The notes: generated from the sequence alone by a model not told the origin. Positions 1-9,537 are shown, counted from the stretch's first letter. The stretch: DNA of 64,000 nt from an uncultured Sandaracinus sp. (GCA_964462035.1 CAYXAP010000029.1:14472-78471), one strand, 5' to 3'. Translations and numbers: made by a program.

Positions 1-821
1 CGCGCCGACGCCAGCTCGTAGAAGTAGCGTGAGCTCTCGGCGTGTTCTTCGGGGAGCATGCCGCCCTCGCCGGAGCAGATGCCGGTCCCGGCGAGCTCGG
101 CGCCGCGGGCGAGCGCGGTCTTCGCCTCCTCGCTCAGGGCACCGAAGCTCATGTCGGAGACGAAGAGGGGGATGTCGAGCGTCAGCGGCTTGTCTGCCTT
201 CGGACCGATCACCAGCTCGGTCCGAACCGGGACGTCCTCCTGGAGCGGACGGCGAGCGAGCTGGGCGGTGAGCAGCTGGATGTCGGACCAAGCGGGGAGC
301 TCGGTCAGCGGCACGCCCATGGCGCTGGTCGGTCCATGGTGGCCGACCTCGTCGAGCCCGTTGCGGGCCAGCTCCTGAATGTGCCCGTTGAAGGGCTCCT
401 GGCTCGTCCCGTGGATGTCGGCGTAGAGGCCGAGGTAGCTCTCTCGGTCGTAGGGCTGGGGGTGCTCGTCGAAGAACGCGGCGATCTCGCTCTCGTCGAC
501 CAGGACGGCGTCGGTGTCCTCGTCGATCCAGGCGCTGAACTTCTGGAGCGCCTCGTCGTTCGAGTAGGCGCTCACCCCGGTGTCGTAGCGGTAGTCCCAC
601 TGGTGGACCCCACAGATGAGGTTCTCGCCATCGACGTGGCCATCCGAGAGCAGCGCCCCTCGGTGGAGGCAACGGCCATAGAGCACCGAGACTCGGTCGT
701 CGTAGCGCACGACGACCAGATCGACCCCGGCGACCAGCGCATAGGCGGGCTCCCGGTCCGCGAGCTCGGACCAGGTGGCGACGGAAACCTTCTTCTTCGT
801 GCGGGCTTGGACGAGTGTCAT
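1..821 (-). CDS. Rieske [2Fe-2S] domain fused to an FMN-dependent glutamate-synthase-like (GltB domain-2-like) protein. Partial: the C-terminus lies beyond the window edge.
   Basis: The minus-strand frame is open from the ATG (819-821) to the window edge, so it is absent from the ORF track. My translation reads MTLVQARTKKKVSVATWSEL...GRCLHRGALLSDGHVDGENLICGVHQWDY (Rieske CxH-x16-CxxH), then ...PLFVSDMSFGALSEEAKTALARGAELAGTGICSGEGGMLPEE (glutamate synthase FMN-domain signature). The + strand ORF 42..1052 is its antisense shadow. Confidence 0.8.
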   Translation of the reverse strand, partial: MTLVQARTKKKVSVATWSELADREPAYALVAGVDLVVVRYDDRVSVLYGRCLHRGALLSDGHVDGENLICGVHQWDYRYDTGVSAYSNDEALQKFSAWIDEDTDAVLVDESEIAAFFDEHPQPYDRESYLGLYADIHGTSQEPFNGHIQELARNGLDEVGHHGPTSAMGVPLTELPAWSDIQLLTAQLARRPLQEDVPVRTELVIGPKADKPLTLDIPLFVSDMSFGALSEEAKTALARGAELAGTGICSGEGGMLPEEHAESSRYFYELASA

Positions 822-907
822 GGGAACCTCGGGACGACGGGGAACCCGCGACGTTACACCCGAGCGCTGGCCCTCGGGCCCCGCGCGAGTCACGCTGTCC
901 GATTCCC

Positions 908-2320
908 ATGGAATCGGAGAAGCGAACCATCCACTTCGTCAGCCTCGGCTGCGCGAAGAACCGCGTCGACACCGAGGTCATGCTCGGCGTCGCCGGGCTG
1001 GAGGGCTTCGAGCACGTGGCCGACCCGGCGAACGCCGAGGTCATCGTCGTGAACACCTGTGGGTTCATCGGGCCCGCGAAGGAAGAGTCGGTCGACACCA
1101 TCCTCGAGATGGGCGCGCTGAAGGACGAGGGTCGCTGCGAGCAGCTGGTGGTCGCGGGCTGCCTGAGCCAGCGCTACCCGGACCAGCTCGCCACGGAGAT
1201 GCCCGAGGTGGACCACTTCCTCGGCTCGAGCGACATGCTCAAGCTCGGCACGGTGCTCCGCGGCGAGGGCCAGCGGATGATGGTCGGTCACCCCGCGCTC
1301 TACACGATGAGCGCCGAGGACCCGCGCGTCCTCACCCAGACCGGCCACCACGCGTACGTGAAGATCGCCGAGGGCTGCAATCGCAGCTGCTCGTTCTGCG
1401 CGATCCCGAGCTTCCGCGGCAAGCAGCGCTCCCGGAGCGTCGACGACGTGGTCCGCGAGGTCGAGGCCCTGGTGAGCGCCGGCGTGGTCGAAGTGAGCCT
1501 GATCAGCCAGGACACCATCGCCTACGGTCGGGACCTCGAGGGCAAGCCCGACCTGGCCGAGCTCACCGAGGCCATCGCCGAGGTCGAGGGGCTCGCCTGG
1601 GTGCGGCTCCACTACCTCTACCCGGAGAAGCTCACCCAGCGGCTCTCGGAGCTCATGCGCGACCACCCGAAGGTGCTGCCCTACGTCGACATGCCGCTGC
1701 AGCACGCGAGCACGCCGATGCTCAAGCGGATGCGCCGAGGCCACGGTGGCGACCGCCTCCGGAAGGTCGTCGACCGGATGCGCGACGCGGTGCCCGACCT
1801 CGTCTTTCGCACGAGCTTCATCGTCGGCCACCCGGGCGAGACCGACGAGGACTTCGGTGAGCTGCTCGAGCTCGTCCGCTGGGCCGAGTTCGACCACGTC
1901 GGCGTTTTCCTCTACTCGCCCGAAGAGGACACCCGCTCCGGTGAGATGACCGACGAGTTCGTCGAGCCCAAGGTCGCCAAGCGCCGCCACCGAGAGCTCA
2001 TGCGCGCGCAGCGCCCCATCAGCCGGGACAAGCTCAAGGCCAGAATCGCCACCGAGGTCGAGGTCGTCGTTGACGGAGTGTCAGACGAGAGCGACTTCCT
2101 GCTCGAAGGCCGCTGGTGGGGACAGGCCCTGGGGGTCGACGGCAAAGTCTACCTCGCGAACGGGGACGCCCGACCGGGCGAGATCCGCAAGGCGCTGGTG
2201 ACCGAGTCGGCGGACTACGATCTGGTCGCGGATCTGCTCGGGCCGGACGGCGAATGGAACGCTCCGCCTGGCTCCGAGAAACCGCGTCGGCGGAAAGTTC
2301 GGCTGCGAACGGTATCCTAG
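908..2320 (+). CDS. rimO: Ribosomal protein S12 methylthiotransferase RimO (radical SAM, MiaB-like, C-terminal TRAM domain)
   Basis: ORF 815..2320. The internal ATG at 908 gives MESEKRTIHFVSLGCAKNRVDTEVMLG, the RimO-type N-terminus. It carries the radical-SAM CxxxCxxC motif (EGCNRSCSFCAIP) and a C-terminal TRAM-like segment (VEVVVDGVSDESDFLLEGRWWGQA). Confidence 0.9.
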   Translation: MESEKRTIHFVSLGCAKNRVDTEVMLGVAGLEGFEHVADPANAEVIVVNTCGFIGPAKEESVDTILEMGALKDEGRCEQLVVAGCLSQRYPDQLATEMPEVDHFLGSSDMLKLGTVLRGEGQRMMVGHPALYTMSAEDPRVLTQTGHHAYVKIAEGCNRSCSFCAIPSFRGKQRSRSVDDVVREVEALVSAGVVEVSLISQDTIAYGRDLEGKPDLAELTEAIAEVEGLAWVRLHYLYPEKLTQRLSELMRDHPKVLPYVDMPLQHASTPMLKRMRRGHGGDRLRKVVDRMRDAVPDLVFRTSFIVGHPGETDEDFGELLELVRWAEFDHVGVFLYSPEEDTRSGEMTDEFVEPKVAKRRHRELMRAQRPISRDKLKARIATEVEVVVDGVSDESDFLLEGRWWGQALGVDGKVYLANGDARPGEIRKALVTESADYDLVADLLGPDGEWNAPPGSEKPRRRKVRLRTVS

Positions 2321-2416
2321 CGCGATTGTTCGGGAATCGGACACCGCTCTCACTGAAAAAAGATCGCCTCGGAGTGAGCGATCACAGCAGGTCGGCCCTA
2401 TACTTTTTGGCGCCTC

Positions 2417-4078
2417 ATGGCCGCCTCTGCATCCGACGCGCCGAGCATCCCCGACGGCGAAAGCCAGGTGCGCCGATCTTCCCCGAAGATCCCGGTCGCG
2501 CCGCCCGTCCCGGAAGGTGATCTGGGCTTCGACATCGACCTCGGGACTCGTTCGAGCTCGTCGCTACGCCTCTCGCGGGGCTTTTCCATGCCCCCGCCGG
2601 TGGTCACCATCGGCCGCTACGACGTGCTCGGTCGCATCGCGGTCGGCGGCATGGCGGAGATCTACCTCGCCCAGGAGCGCAGCTCGGGTGGCGGCTCGCG
2701 GCTCGTGATCCTGAAGGTCCTCCGGCAGCACATGGAGGACGACGAAGAGCTCGACGCGATGTTCCTCCGCGAGGGCAGCGTCGCGATGCAGCTCTCGCAC
2801 CCGAACATCTGCTCGACCTACGAGTTCGGAAAGATCGGCGGCCACTTCTTCATGGCGATGGAGTACGTGGATGGCGCGACCGTCCGCGAGATGCTCACGG
2901 CGCTCGCCAAGCGTCGGGAAGCGATGCCGGTCGCCTACGCGGTGGCGATCTTCGCTCGGATCGCCGCGGCCCTCGACTACGCCCACCGCGCGAAGGACGC
3001 GCGCCGACGCAAGCTCGGTGTGGTTCACCGCGACGTCACGCCACACAACATCATGGTGCGCGCCGACGGCGTGGTGAAGCTGCTCGACTTCGGCGTGGCG
3101 CAGGTCGCCTCGAGCGAGCACGAGTCACGCTCCGACGCCGTGAAGGGGAAGTTCGGCTACCTCTCGCCAGAGCAGACCGTGGCCAAGCCGCTCGATGGTC
3201 GGTCGGACGTCTTCGCGCTCGGGATCTGTCTCTACGAGGTGCTGACGATGAAGCGCCTCTACAAGCGCGGCAGTCAGTTCGAGACCTTCAAAGCCATCCT
3301 CCAGGACCCGGTCCCTTCGATCTGCGACGTCGACGATTCGCTGCCGGCCGATCTGGACGCGATCGTCCAGAAGGCGCTCGCCAAGAATCCCGAAGACCGG
3401 TTCGACACCGCCGGCGACATGCAGCAGGCCCTCGAAGAGTGGCTCGCGGAGCAGCGGCAGGTGGTCAACGCCGGTCGGCTCGCCGGGCTGATGCGCACCC
3501 TCTTCGGCGACTCGCTCGAAGAGCCGCCAGAGCTCGTCGCGGACGAGACGGTGATCCGTCGCCTCGCGCCACTCGCGGAGCAGGGGGAGAAGGTCCTCTC
3601 GGCGCGACCGCCGCCGATGAACCCGCCCGTGCCCACCACCGGTGGCGATGGCTCGGTGAGCAGCTCGACCGCGTCGACGCAAGCGATCCCTGCGCAGCGC
3701 CATCGCGCCATCGCGCTCGGCGCCATCGGGGCGCTGTTGATCGCCGGTGTCGGAGTCGCCGTCGGGATGGCCGCTCGTGGGCCGGAACCCGAGACGGCGA
3801 CCGAGACGGCGAGAACTGCGAAGCCGCCCGAACCGGAAGAGGTCGAGACGGAAGGCGAAGAACCCACGGCCGAGATGGCGGCCCCGCAGGTCGTCGACAT
3901 CGAGGCACCGGAAGAGGTCGAGACGGCGGAAGCACTCGCCGAAGCCCAGGATGACGCCGAGACCTCCGAGGATGAAGCCGAGGTCGAAGAAGAGCCTTCG
4001 ATGGACTCTCCGGCGCGCAGACGGCGCCGCCGCGCGTCGCGGATGCGCCCCGGCTTCGTGGCCGATCCCGGCTTCTGA
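2417..4078 (+). CDS. Ser/Thr protein kinase with a C-terminal TM segment and an acidic low-complexity tail
   Basis: Hanks kinase motifs are present: GRIAVGGMAEIY (Gly loop), VILKVL (catalytic Lys), HRDVTPHNIMV, DFGVA, GYLSPE. A hydrophobic helix (AIALGAIGALLIAGVGVAVGMAA) is followed by an E/D-rich region. Confidence 0.9.
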   Translation: MAASASDAPSIPDGESQVRRSSPKIPVAPPVPEGDLGFDIDLGTRSSSSLRLSRGFSMPPPVVTIGRYDVLGRIAVGGMAEIYLAQERSSGGGSRLVILKVLRQHMEDDEELDAMFLREGSVAMQLSHPNICSTYEFGKIGGHFFMAMEYVDGATVREMLTALAKRREAMPVAYAVAIFARIAAALDYAHRAKDARRRKLGVVHRDVTPHNIMVRADGVVKLLDFGVAQVASSEHESRSDAVKGKFGYLSPEQTVAKPLDGRSDVFALGICLYEVLTMKRLYKRGSQFETFKAILQDPVPSICDVDDSLPADLDAIVQKALAKNPEDRFDTAGDMQQALEEWLAEQRQVVNAGRLAGLMRTLFGDSLEEPPELVADETVIRRLAPLAEQGEKVLSARPPPMNPPVPTTGGDGSVSSSTASTQAIPAQRHRAIALGAIGALLIAGVGVAVGMAARGPEPETATETARTAKPPEPEEVETEGEEPTAEMAAPQVVDIEAPEEVETAEALAEAQDDAETSEDEAEVEEEPSMDSPARRRRRRASRMRPGFVADPGF

Positions 4079-4186
4079 TCTGCGGTCCGGTCACGCGGGC
4101 TCACGACTCTACGGATGAACGTTGCTCGCGCGAACGGGTCTACGTTTTCTGCCGATCCGACCGTTCGCTCCCTTATGTTGTACCCG

Positions 4187-5017
4187 ATGCGATTTGTCGT
4201 TCCATCACTGCTCCTGGTGCTCTCCATACCTGGCGTGGCGCTCGCTCAAGATGCCGGGAGCGACCCCGACGCCGGCGTCGCGCAGGCCGCGGAGGCCGAA
4301 AGCTCGGGCGAGGACGCCGAGCCGACCGCCGAAGAGCTCGAAGAAGCCCGCCAGCTCTTCGCCGATGGTGTTCGCTACGCCGGCGAGGGCGAGTTCGGGC
4401 GTGCGGCCGTCGCCTTCCGGCGCGCCGCGGAGATCAAGGCCGCGCCCGCCGTGCTCTTCAACCTGGCGTCCGCGCTCTTCGAAGTGCGCGAGCTCCCCGA
4501 GGCGGCCTCGCGCGCGCAGGCGGTCCTCGATGCCCCGGATGCGGCCGACGAGCTGAAGGAACGGGCGGAAACGCTGCTCGAAGAGATCCGCGGGCAGACG
4601 GCCACGCTGACGATCCGCCTGGGCGGTCAGGCCGATGGGGCCAAGGTCGACGGCGTGCTGCTCGAAGGCGAGCAGCTCGACCAACCGCTGATCCTCGAGC
4701 CGGGGACGCACACCATCATCGGGCTGCGCCGCGGCGAAGAGATGACGCACCGAGAGCTGACCATTCCCGCGGGCGGCCAGGCCCACGTCGACGTCAGCGT
4801 GATCCCCACACCTGCGGAGGTCGCCGCCGCGAACCCGCCCCCGCCACCGGAGGAGCCGGACCAACCCGCCGAGGATTCGAAGCTCGGCCTCTACATCGGC
4901 ATCGGCGCCGGAGCGCTCGCGGTCGTCGTGGCCGTGGTGGTGATCATCGCCGTCACGTCCGGCGGCACCGAGGATCCGGTCGAGGGCGATTTCCAGCCGG
5001 GGGTCTTGGAGTGGTGA
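4187..5017 (+). CDS. Secreted, membrane-anchored protein with a TPR-like helix pair and a PEGA-like beta domain (hypothetical)
   Basis: ORF 4115..5017. The ATG at 4187 gives the signal peptide MRFVVPSLLLVLSIPGVALAQD. There is a PEGA-like stretch (ADGAKVDGVLLEG...LEPGTHTIIGLRRG), a Pro-rich linker and a C-terminal TM helix (LGLYIGIGAGALAVVVAVVVIIAV). The stop overlaps the next gene's start (TGATG). Confidence 0.65.
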   Translation: MRFVVPSLLLVLSIPGVALAQDAGSDPDAGVAQAAEAESSGEDAEPTAEELEEARQLFADGVRYAGEGEFGRAAVAFRRAAEIKAAPAVLFNLASALFEVRELPEAASRAQAVLDAPDAADELKERAETLLEEIRGQTATLTIRLGGQADGAKVDGVLLEGEQLDQPLILEPGTHTIIGLRRGEEMTHRELTIPAGGQAHVDVSVIPTPAEVAAANPPPPPEEPDQPAEDSKLGLYIGIGAGALAVVVAVVVIIAVTSGGTEDPVEGDFQPGVLEW

Positions 5018-5913
5018 TGCGTCGACTTCTCACGTTCTCGCTCGCGCTGCTGGCCCTCGCGTGCAGCACCGACCCCCGCACCGAGGTGATCGTCGTGATC
5101 GACAGCGACCTCACCGTCCCCACCGAGCTCGATGAGCTCAGGGTCGACGTGGTGGCGCCGGATGGTGTGACGCAGTCCTCGACGGCGATGCTCGGCGATG
5201 GGGAGCCCGGCCTGCCACGCACGCTCGGTTTGGTGCACACCGGCGGCTCGCTCGGACCGTTCAGCGTCACCGCACAGGGCGTGCAGGGCGGGACGATGGT
5301 CGTGCAACGGCGGGCCACGTTCGAGTTCCAACCGGACCAGACGCTGGTCCTCACCATGCACCTGGTGCAGAGCTGCGTCGGCGTGGCTTGTGGCGGCGAC
5401 TCGACCTGCACCGAGGCCGGTTGTCAGAGCCCCGACTCGACCGGCCGGCTCACGGTCTGGACCGGCACCCCCCCACGCCTCGGCGAGGTCCCCGACCTGG
5501 ACATGGGCATGGGCGTCGACGCCTGCACCGCCGAGGTCTGCAACGACGCGGACGACGACTGCGATGGCATGGTCGACGAGGACGTGACCACCGGGGACGA
5601 GACCTGCAACGACGTCGACGACGACTGCGATGGCATGGTCGACGAGGGCTTCGACCTGAACACGGACTCGATGAACTGTGGCGCGTGTGGGGTCCAGTGC
5701 ATCTTCCGGAACGGCTCCGGAACGTGCAACGCGGGCACCTGCACCATCACCAGCTGCGACTCCGGCTTCGACGACTGCGACACCGACGGAACGAACGGCT
5801 GCGAGACGGACACCAACACGAACGCCAACAACTGTGGCGGCTGCAACAACATGTGCCGGAACCCCGACCGCATCTGCTGCATGGGCACCTGTCAGCGCGA
5901 CAGCTGTATCTAG
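5017..5913 (+). CDS. Lipoprotein with MopE-like 'putative metal-binding' Cys/Asp repeats
   Basis: The ATG at 5017 gives MRRLLTFSLALLALACSTD (lipobox LALAC). It is followed by CNDADDDCDGMVDED and CNDVDDDCDGMVDEG repeats and a Cys-rich tail (CGACGVQC...CGGCNNMC). Confidence 0.75.
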   Translation: MRRLLTFSLALLALACSTDPRTEVIVVIDSDLTVPTELDELRVDVVAPDGVTQSSTAMLGDGEPGLPRTLGLVHTGGSLGPFSVTAQGVQGGTMVVQRRATFEFQPDQTLVLTMHLVQSCVGVACGGDSTCTEAGCQSPDSTGRLTVWTGTPPRLGEVPDLDMGMGVDACTAEVCNDADDDCDGMVDEDVTTGDETCNDVDDDCDGMVDEGFDLNTDSMNCGACGVQCIFRNGSGTCNAGTCTITSCDSGFDDCDTDGTNGCETDTNTNANNCGGCNNMCRNPDRICCMGTCQRDSCI

Positions 5914-6533
5914 CGCGGCTCGACCAGGAAGCCACGGGCCCCGCCGAAGAGCAGGTCGACCAGCTGTGGGTCGTCGAGCTTGTCGGGGGCCGTGGCCACG
6001 ATGCGAAAGAGCGCGCCTCGGAGCGAGTGGAAGACCACGAGCGCGACCAGCTCGGGATCGCGGTCGCCGATCCAATCCCGATGGGTCGCGAGCATCGCGC
6101 CGCCGATCGTCACCATCCGGTCGAGTCCTTCGCGGATCTCCGGCGTCTGCTCGATGAGCGGGAGCACCTCGGCGACGGCCGCGTAGAGCTCGCGGTCTTC
6201 GCGGTACACCCCCACCATCTCCTCCACCGCCGCGCGCAGTAGCTCGAGAGGCTCGAGCTCGTTGGCGCGCCTGGCCAACCGCTGGGCCACCGCCATGTCC
6301 TGCTCGAGTCGGCGCGCCAGGAACGTGTCGATGAGCGCCTGCTTGCTCGGGAAGTATTGGTAGAGCGAGCCGACGCTGACGCCAGCGCGCTCGGCGACGC
6401 CAGTAGCCGTCGCCTGCGACCCGTCGCGCGCCAGGACCTGGCCGGCGGCCTCGACGATCGCGTCGACCGTGGCCTTCGATCGCGCCTGCCGGGGTTGGCG
6501 GCGCTGCTTCTTCGGGCGTCGAGCCACCGCCAA
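5910..6533 (-). CDS. TetR/AcrR family transcriptional regulator
   Basis: The N-terminal HTH is typical of the family: ARSKATVDAIVEAAGQVLARDGSQATATGVAERAGVSVGSLYQYFPSKQALID. Confidence 0.9.
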   Translation of the reverse strand: MAVARRPKKQRRQPRQARSKATVDAIVEAAGQVLARDGSQATATGVAERAGVSVGSLYQYFPSKQALIDTFLARRLEQDMAVAQRLARRANELEPLELLRAAVEEMVGVYREDRELYAAVAEVLPLIEQTPEIREGLDRMVTIGGAMLATHRDWIGDRDPELVALVVFHSLRGALFRIVATAPDKLDDPQLVDLLFGGARGFLVEPR

Positions 6534-6583
6534 ACCTTACACGGGTGTCCGAGCCGTGCCGAAAGCGCTTGGGATCACTGCCC

Positions 6584-6598
6584 TTTTCGAATCGAAAA
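6584..6598. promoter_or_regulatory. Candidate TetR operator: perfect 15-nt palindrome TTTTCGA-A-TCGAAAA
   Basis: I read it directly in the 119-nt divergent intergenic region between the TetR gene (start 6533, minus) and the Coq4-like gene (start 6653, plus). It has 7-bp perfect arms around a single central base. Confidence 0.5.
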
Positions 6599-6652
6599 CG
6601 CGAATCGACCGATGCGGAGGCCGACCGCAGGTTCAGGGCTGGGAGGCACGCC

Positions 6653-7114
6653 ATGACCACAGACCCCTTCGAACCGCTCACCACTCGCCACGCCCTCGAC
6701 GACTTCCTCGACGCGAACGGCTTCACGACCGACGGCTACGACGCGCCCACCGTCGACATCCCCATCGGGTTCATCACCATCCCGCTCCCCAACACCGAGG
6801 GGCGCAAGGCCGTGGTGCGCTTCCACGACCTGCACCACGTCGCGACCGGCTACGGCACCGACCTGATCGGCGAAGGCGAGATCGGCGCGTGGGAGCTACG
6901 CGCCGGCTGCACCAACTTCGCGAGCTGGTTCTACAACTCGATGGCCGCCGCGTTCGGGTTCCTGCTCAGCCCTCGGCGGGTCTGGCGTGCATTTCGCTCG
7001 GCGAAGGGTCAGCGGACCCTGTACCGGCTGGGCATGTCCTACGACGAAGTGCTCGCGATGCCGATCGAGGAGGTGCGGGAGCGCTTGGGGTTGCCGGCGG
7101 GTGGCATCGGCTGA
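6653..7114 (+). CDS. Coq4-like HDxxH-motif protein (hypothetical)
   Basis: ORF 6545..7114. The ATG at 6653 is preceded by GGGAGG. The motif FHDLHHVATGYGTDLIGEGEI fits the HDxxH-x(10-13)-E zinc motif of the Coq4 family. Confidence 0.55.
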   Translation: MTTDPFEPLTTRHALDDFLDANGFTTDGYDAPTVDIPIGFITIPLPNTEGRKAVVRFHDLHHVATGYGTDLIGEGEIGAWELRAGCTNFASWFYNSMAAAFGFLLSPRRVWRAFRSAKGQRTLYRLGMSYDEVLAMPIEEVRERLGLPAGGIG

Positions 7115-7133
7115 AGGGCACGCCTCGGACCTC

Positions 7134-8447
7134 TCAGCCGAGCACGGCCACCAGCGACTCCCGGATGCCCGCGAGCAAGGCATCGAGATCCTCGTCGTCG
7201 ATGTTCAGTGGCGGCACCGCGTAGACCACGTTGCCGAGCGGTCGCAGCCAGATGCCGCGCTCGCGCGCCGCTTCTTGTACGCGCCAGCCGATGCGCGAGT
7301 GGTAGCCGCCTTCGCCGAGGTCGATCGCGCCGACCATGCCCAGCGTCCGCGCGTGCCGGGTCCCGGCGAGCTCGCCCATGGCCGCGAAGGCGTCCGCCAT
7401 GCGCTTCGCCTTCGGCTCGGCCGCGGCGATGATGTCGTCGTCGCGATAGATGCGCAGCACCTCGAGGGCGACGGCGGCGCCGAGCGGGTTGCCGCAGAAG
7501 GTATGCCCATGGAGGAACGCGCGGCGGGTATCCCCACGGAAGCCATCGTGGATGCGCCTGCTGGCGAGGGTGACGCCAAAGGGGAGCAGGCCCCCGCTGA
7601 GGCCCTTGGCCACGGCGAGCAGGTCCGGCGCGACGCCGGCGTGCTCGCAGCCCCACATCGGGCCGGTGCGCCCGAGACCGGTGAAGACCTCGTCGGCGAT
7701 GAGAAAGGTGTCTGCCCGATCGCAGGCTTCGCGGAGACGCTCGAGCTCCGCGGGTGGATACATGCGCATGCCGCTCGCGCCTTGGACGATCGGCTCGACG
7801 ACCACGCCGGCGATGGCGTCGCCATCGGTCTCGAGCTGGGCGATGAGTCGGTCGAAGACCGGCCCCCAGCCGGCGGGATCGACGATCGGCTTGGCGTCGT
7901 TGGTGGCGAAGAGCAGTGGCGCGAAGACCGCGCCGACCTCGTCGAGCGCGCCGATGCTCATCGCGCCCAACGTGTCCCCGTGGTAGCCGCCGGGCAGGGC
8001 CAAGAAGCGCTCGCGCTCCGGTCGGCCGTTCTGCTGCCAGTACTGGAAGGCGAGCTTCAACGCGACCTCGACGGCCGTCGAGCCGTTGTCGACGAAGAAG
8101 ACCCGATCGAGGCTGGCGTCGCCCTCGGCGGCCGGTGCCGCGGCGACGAGCGCCTCGGCGAGCTCGGCGGCCGGCTGGTGCGCGATCCCCGCGAGCGCGC
8201 AGTGGGGCAGGGCTTCGGTCTGATGGCGGAGGGCCGCGATCAGCCTCGGGTTCGCGTGGCCGAGGTGGGTGCACCACCAGGAACCGGTCGCGTCGAGATA
8301 GGTCCGTCCGTCCGCGTCCGTGAGCCTCGCGCCCTCGGCGTGGGTGACCACCAAGGGGTCCTTGGTCTCGTGGTCTTCGGTCGAAGCGAAGGGCCGCCAC
8401 ACGTGCTTGCGGTCCAACGCGACGAGCGCGTCTCGCGATCTCTCCAT
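7134..8447 (-). CDS. bioA: Adenosylmethionine-8-amino-7-oxononanoate aminotransferase (class III PLP aminotransferase)
   Basis: 437 aa. BioA-like N-terminus LDRKHVWRPFAS...PLVVTHAEGARLTDADGRTYLDATGSWWCTHLGHANP, plus DEVFTGLGRTG and the PLP-lysine context AVAKGLSGG. Confidence 0.85.
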   Translation of the reverse strand: MERSRDALVALDRKHVWRPFASTEDHETKDPLVVTHAEGARLTDADGRTYLDATGSWWCTHLGHANPRLIAALRHQTEALPHCALAGIAHQPAAELAEALVAAAPAAEGDASLDRVFFVDNGSTAVEVALKLAFQYWQQNGRPERERFLALPGGYHGDTLGAMSIGALDEVGAVFAPLLFATNDAKPIVDPAGWGPVFDRLIAQLETDGDAIAGVVVEPIVQGASGMRMYPPAELERLREACDRADTFLIADEVFTGLGRTGPMWGCEHAGVAPDLLAVAKGLSGGLLPFGVTLASRRIHDGFRGDTRRAFLHGHTFCGNPLGAAVALEVLRIYRDDDIIAAAEPKAKRMADAFAAMGELAGTRHARTLGMVGAIDLGEGGYHSRIGWRVQEAARERGIWLRPLGNVVYAVPPLNIDDEDLDALLAGIRESLVAVLG

Positions 8448-8472
8448 GACCGGACCATGAGCCGTGGGTCGC

Positions 8473-9522
8473 TCAGCCGTCCAGCCGACGCTCGCCCCGG
8501 CGGACGCGCTGCCGGATGAGCGACACCCCGACCGCGAGTCCGATGGACACCAGGATCACGGCCAGGGAGATCAAGGTCGGGATCTTCACCCAGTGGTGCA
8601 GAATCATCTTGGCGCCGACGAAGGCGAGCACCACCGCCAGCGCATAGCGCAGCTCCTTGAACTTCTGCACCGCCGTCTCGAGCACGAAGTAGAGGCTCCG
8701 GAGCCCGAGGATCGCGAAGATGTTCGAGGTGAAGACGATGAAGGGCTCGGGCGCCACGGCGAGCACGGCTGGGATGGAGTCGAGGGCGAAGACCAGGTCG
8801 GTCCACTCGATGACGATCAGCGCCAGCCCGAGGCTGGTGATCGCGCGCTTACCGTCGATGCGAACGAAGAAGCGGTGTCCCGCGTCCGGTGTGTCGTCGG
8901 GCGCGACGTGCAGCCACTTCTTGAGCCGGTCGGTGAAGGTCGGGCCCGAGTCTTCGTCGTGCTCCTCCTCTTCCTTCTCCGGGAAGAGCAGCTTGATGCC
9001 CGTGAACACCAGGTAGGCGCCGAAGACGTAGAAGAGCCAGGTGAACTTGTGGAGCAGCCAGAGGCCGCCGAGGAGCATCGCGCCACGCATCACGATGGCA
9101 CCGAGCACCCCCCAGAAGAGGACGCGGTGCCGGTCGATTCGCGGCACTTGGAAGCGCTGGAAGACGAGCGCGATGACGAAGATGTTGTCGATGCTCAGTG
9201 ACTTCTCGAGCAGGTACGCGGTGAGGTAGCGCATCGCCGCTCGGCCCCCGTGGGGCTGCCCGTCGTCGATGGGAATCCCTTCGTCGTCGAGCAGCTCGGC
9301 GCCGAACCAGGCGTTCTCGTACATGAAGTAGATCACGACCGTGAACGACACGCCGAGGGTGATCCACACCGCGGTCCAGCCGAGCGCCTCCTTGGCGCTG
9401 ACCTCGTGGGCGTTCTTGTGGAACACGCCCAGATCGAGGGCGAGCATCACCGCCACGATCGCCAGAAAGCCGACCCACATCCAGGTCACGGGCGCAGCAT
9501 CGAGCCGGTCGCCGCCAAACAC
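8473..9522 (-). CDS. TerC family integral membrane protein
   Basis: Multi-pass membrane protein with the TerC signature YLLEKSLSIDNIFVIALVF and a second repeat (FALDSIPAVLAV). The start is either the GTG at 9522 or the ATG at 9480 (MWVGFLAIV). Confidence 0.85.
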   Translation of the reverse strand: MFGGDRLDAAPVTWMWVGFLAIVAVMLALDLGVFHKNAHEVSAKEALGWTAVWITLGVSFTVVIYFMYENAWFGAELLDDEGIPIDDGQPHGGRAAMRYLTAYLLEKSLSIDNIFVIALVFQRFQVPRIDRHRVLFWGVLGAIVMRGAMLLGGLWLLHKFTWLFYVFGAYLVFTGIKLLFPEKEEEEHDEDSGPTFTDRLKKWLHVAPDDTPDAGHRFFVRIDGKRAITSLGLALIVIEWTDLVFALDSIPAVLAVAPEPFIVFTSNIFAILGLRSLYFVLETAVQKFKELRYALAVVLAFVGAKMILHHWVKIPTLISLAVILVSIGLAVGVSLIRQRVRRGERRLDG

Positions 9523-9537
9523 AAGTGGCGATCCCGC

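Noticed and set aside
42-1052. 336-aa plus-strand ORF at the left edge
   Set aside because: It is antisense to the Rieske/GltS-like gene and overlaps the rimO start. It has no motifs.
2340-2416. Imperfect hairpin (CGCTctCACT...AGTGAGCG) and a TATACT box between rimO and the kinase gene
   Set aside because: The stem is bulged, the loop is long and there is no T-run. The -10-like hexamer has no convincing -35 partner. This is too weak to annotate.
9481-9537. Possible yybP-ykoY (Mn2+) riboswitch upstream of the TerC-family gene
   Set aside because: At most ~57 nt separate the TerC start from the stop of the upstream gene. That is too short for the ~100-nt riboswitch, and I could not see its conserved helices.
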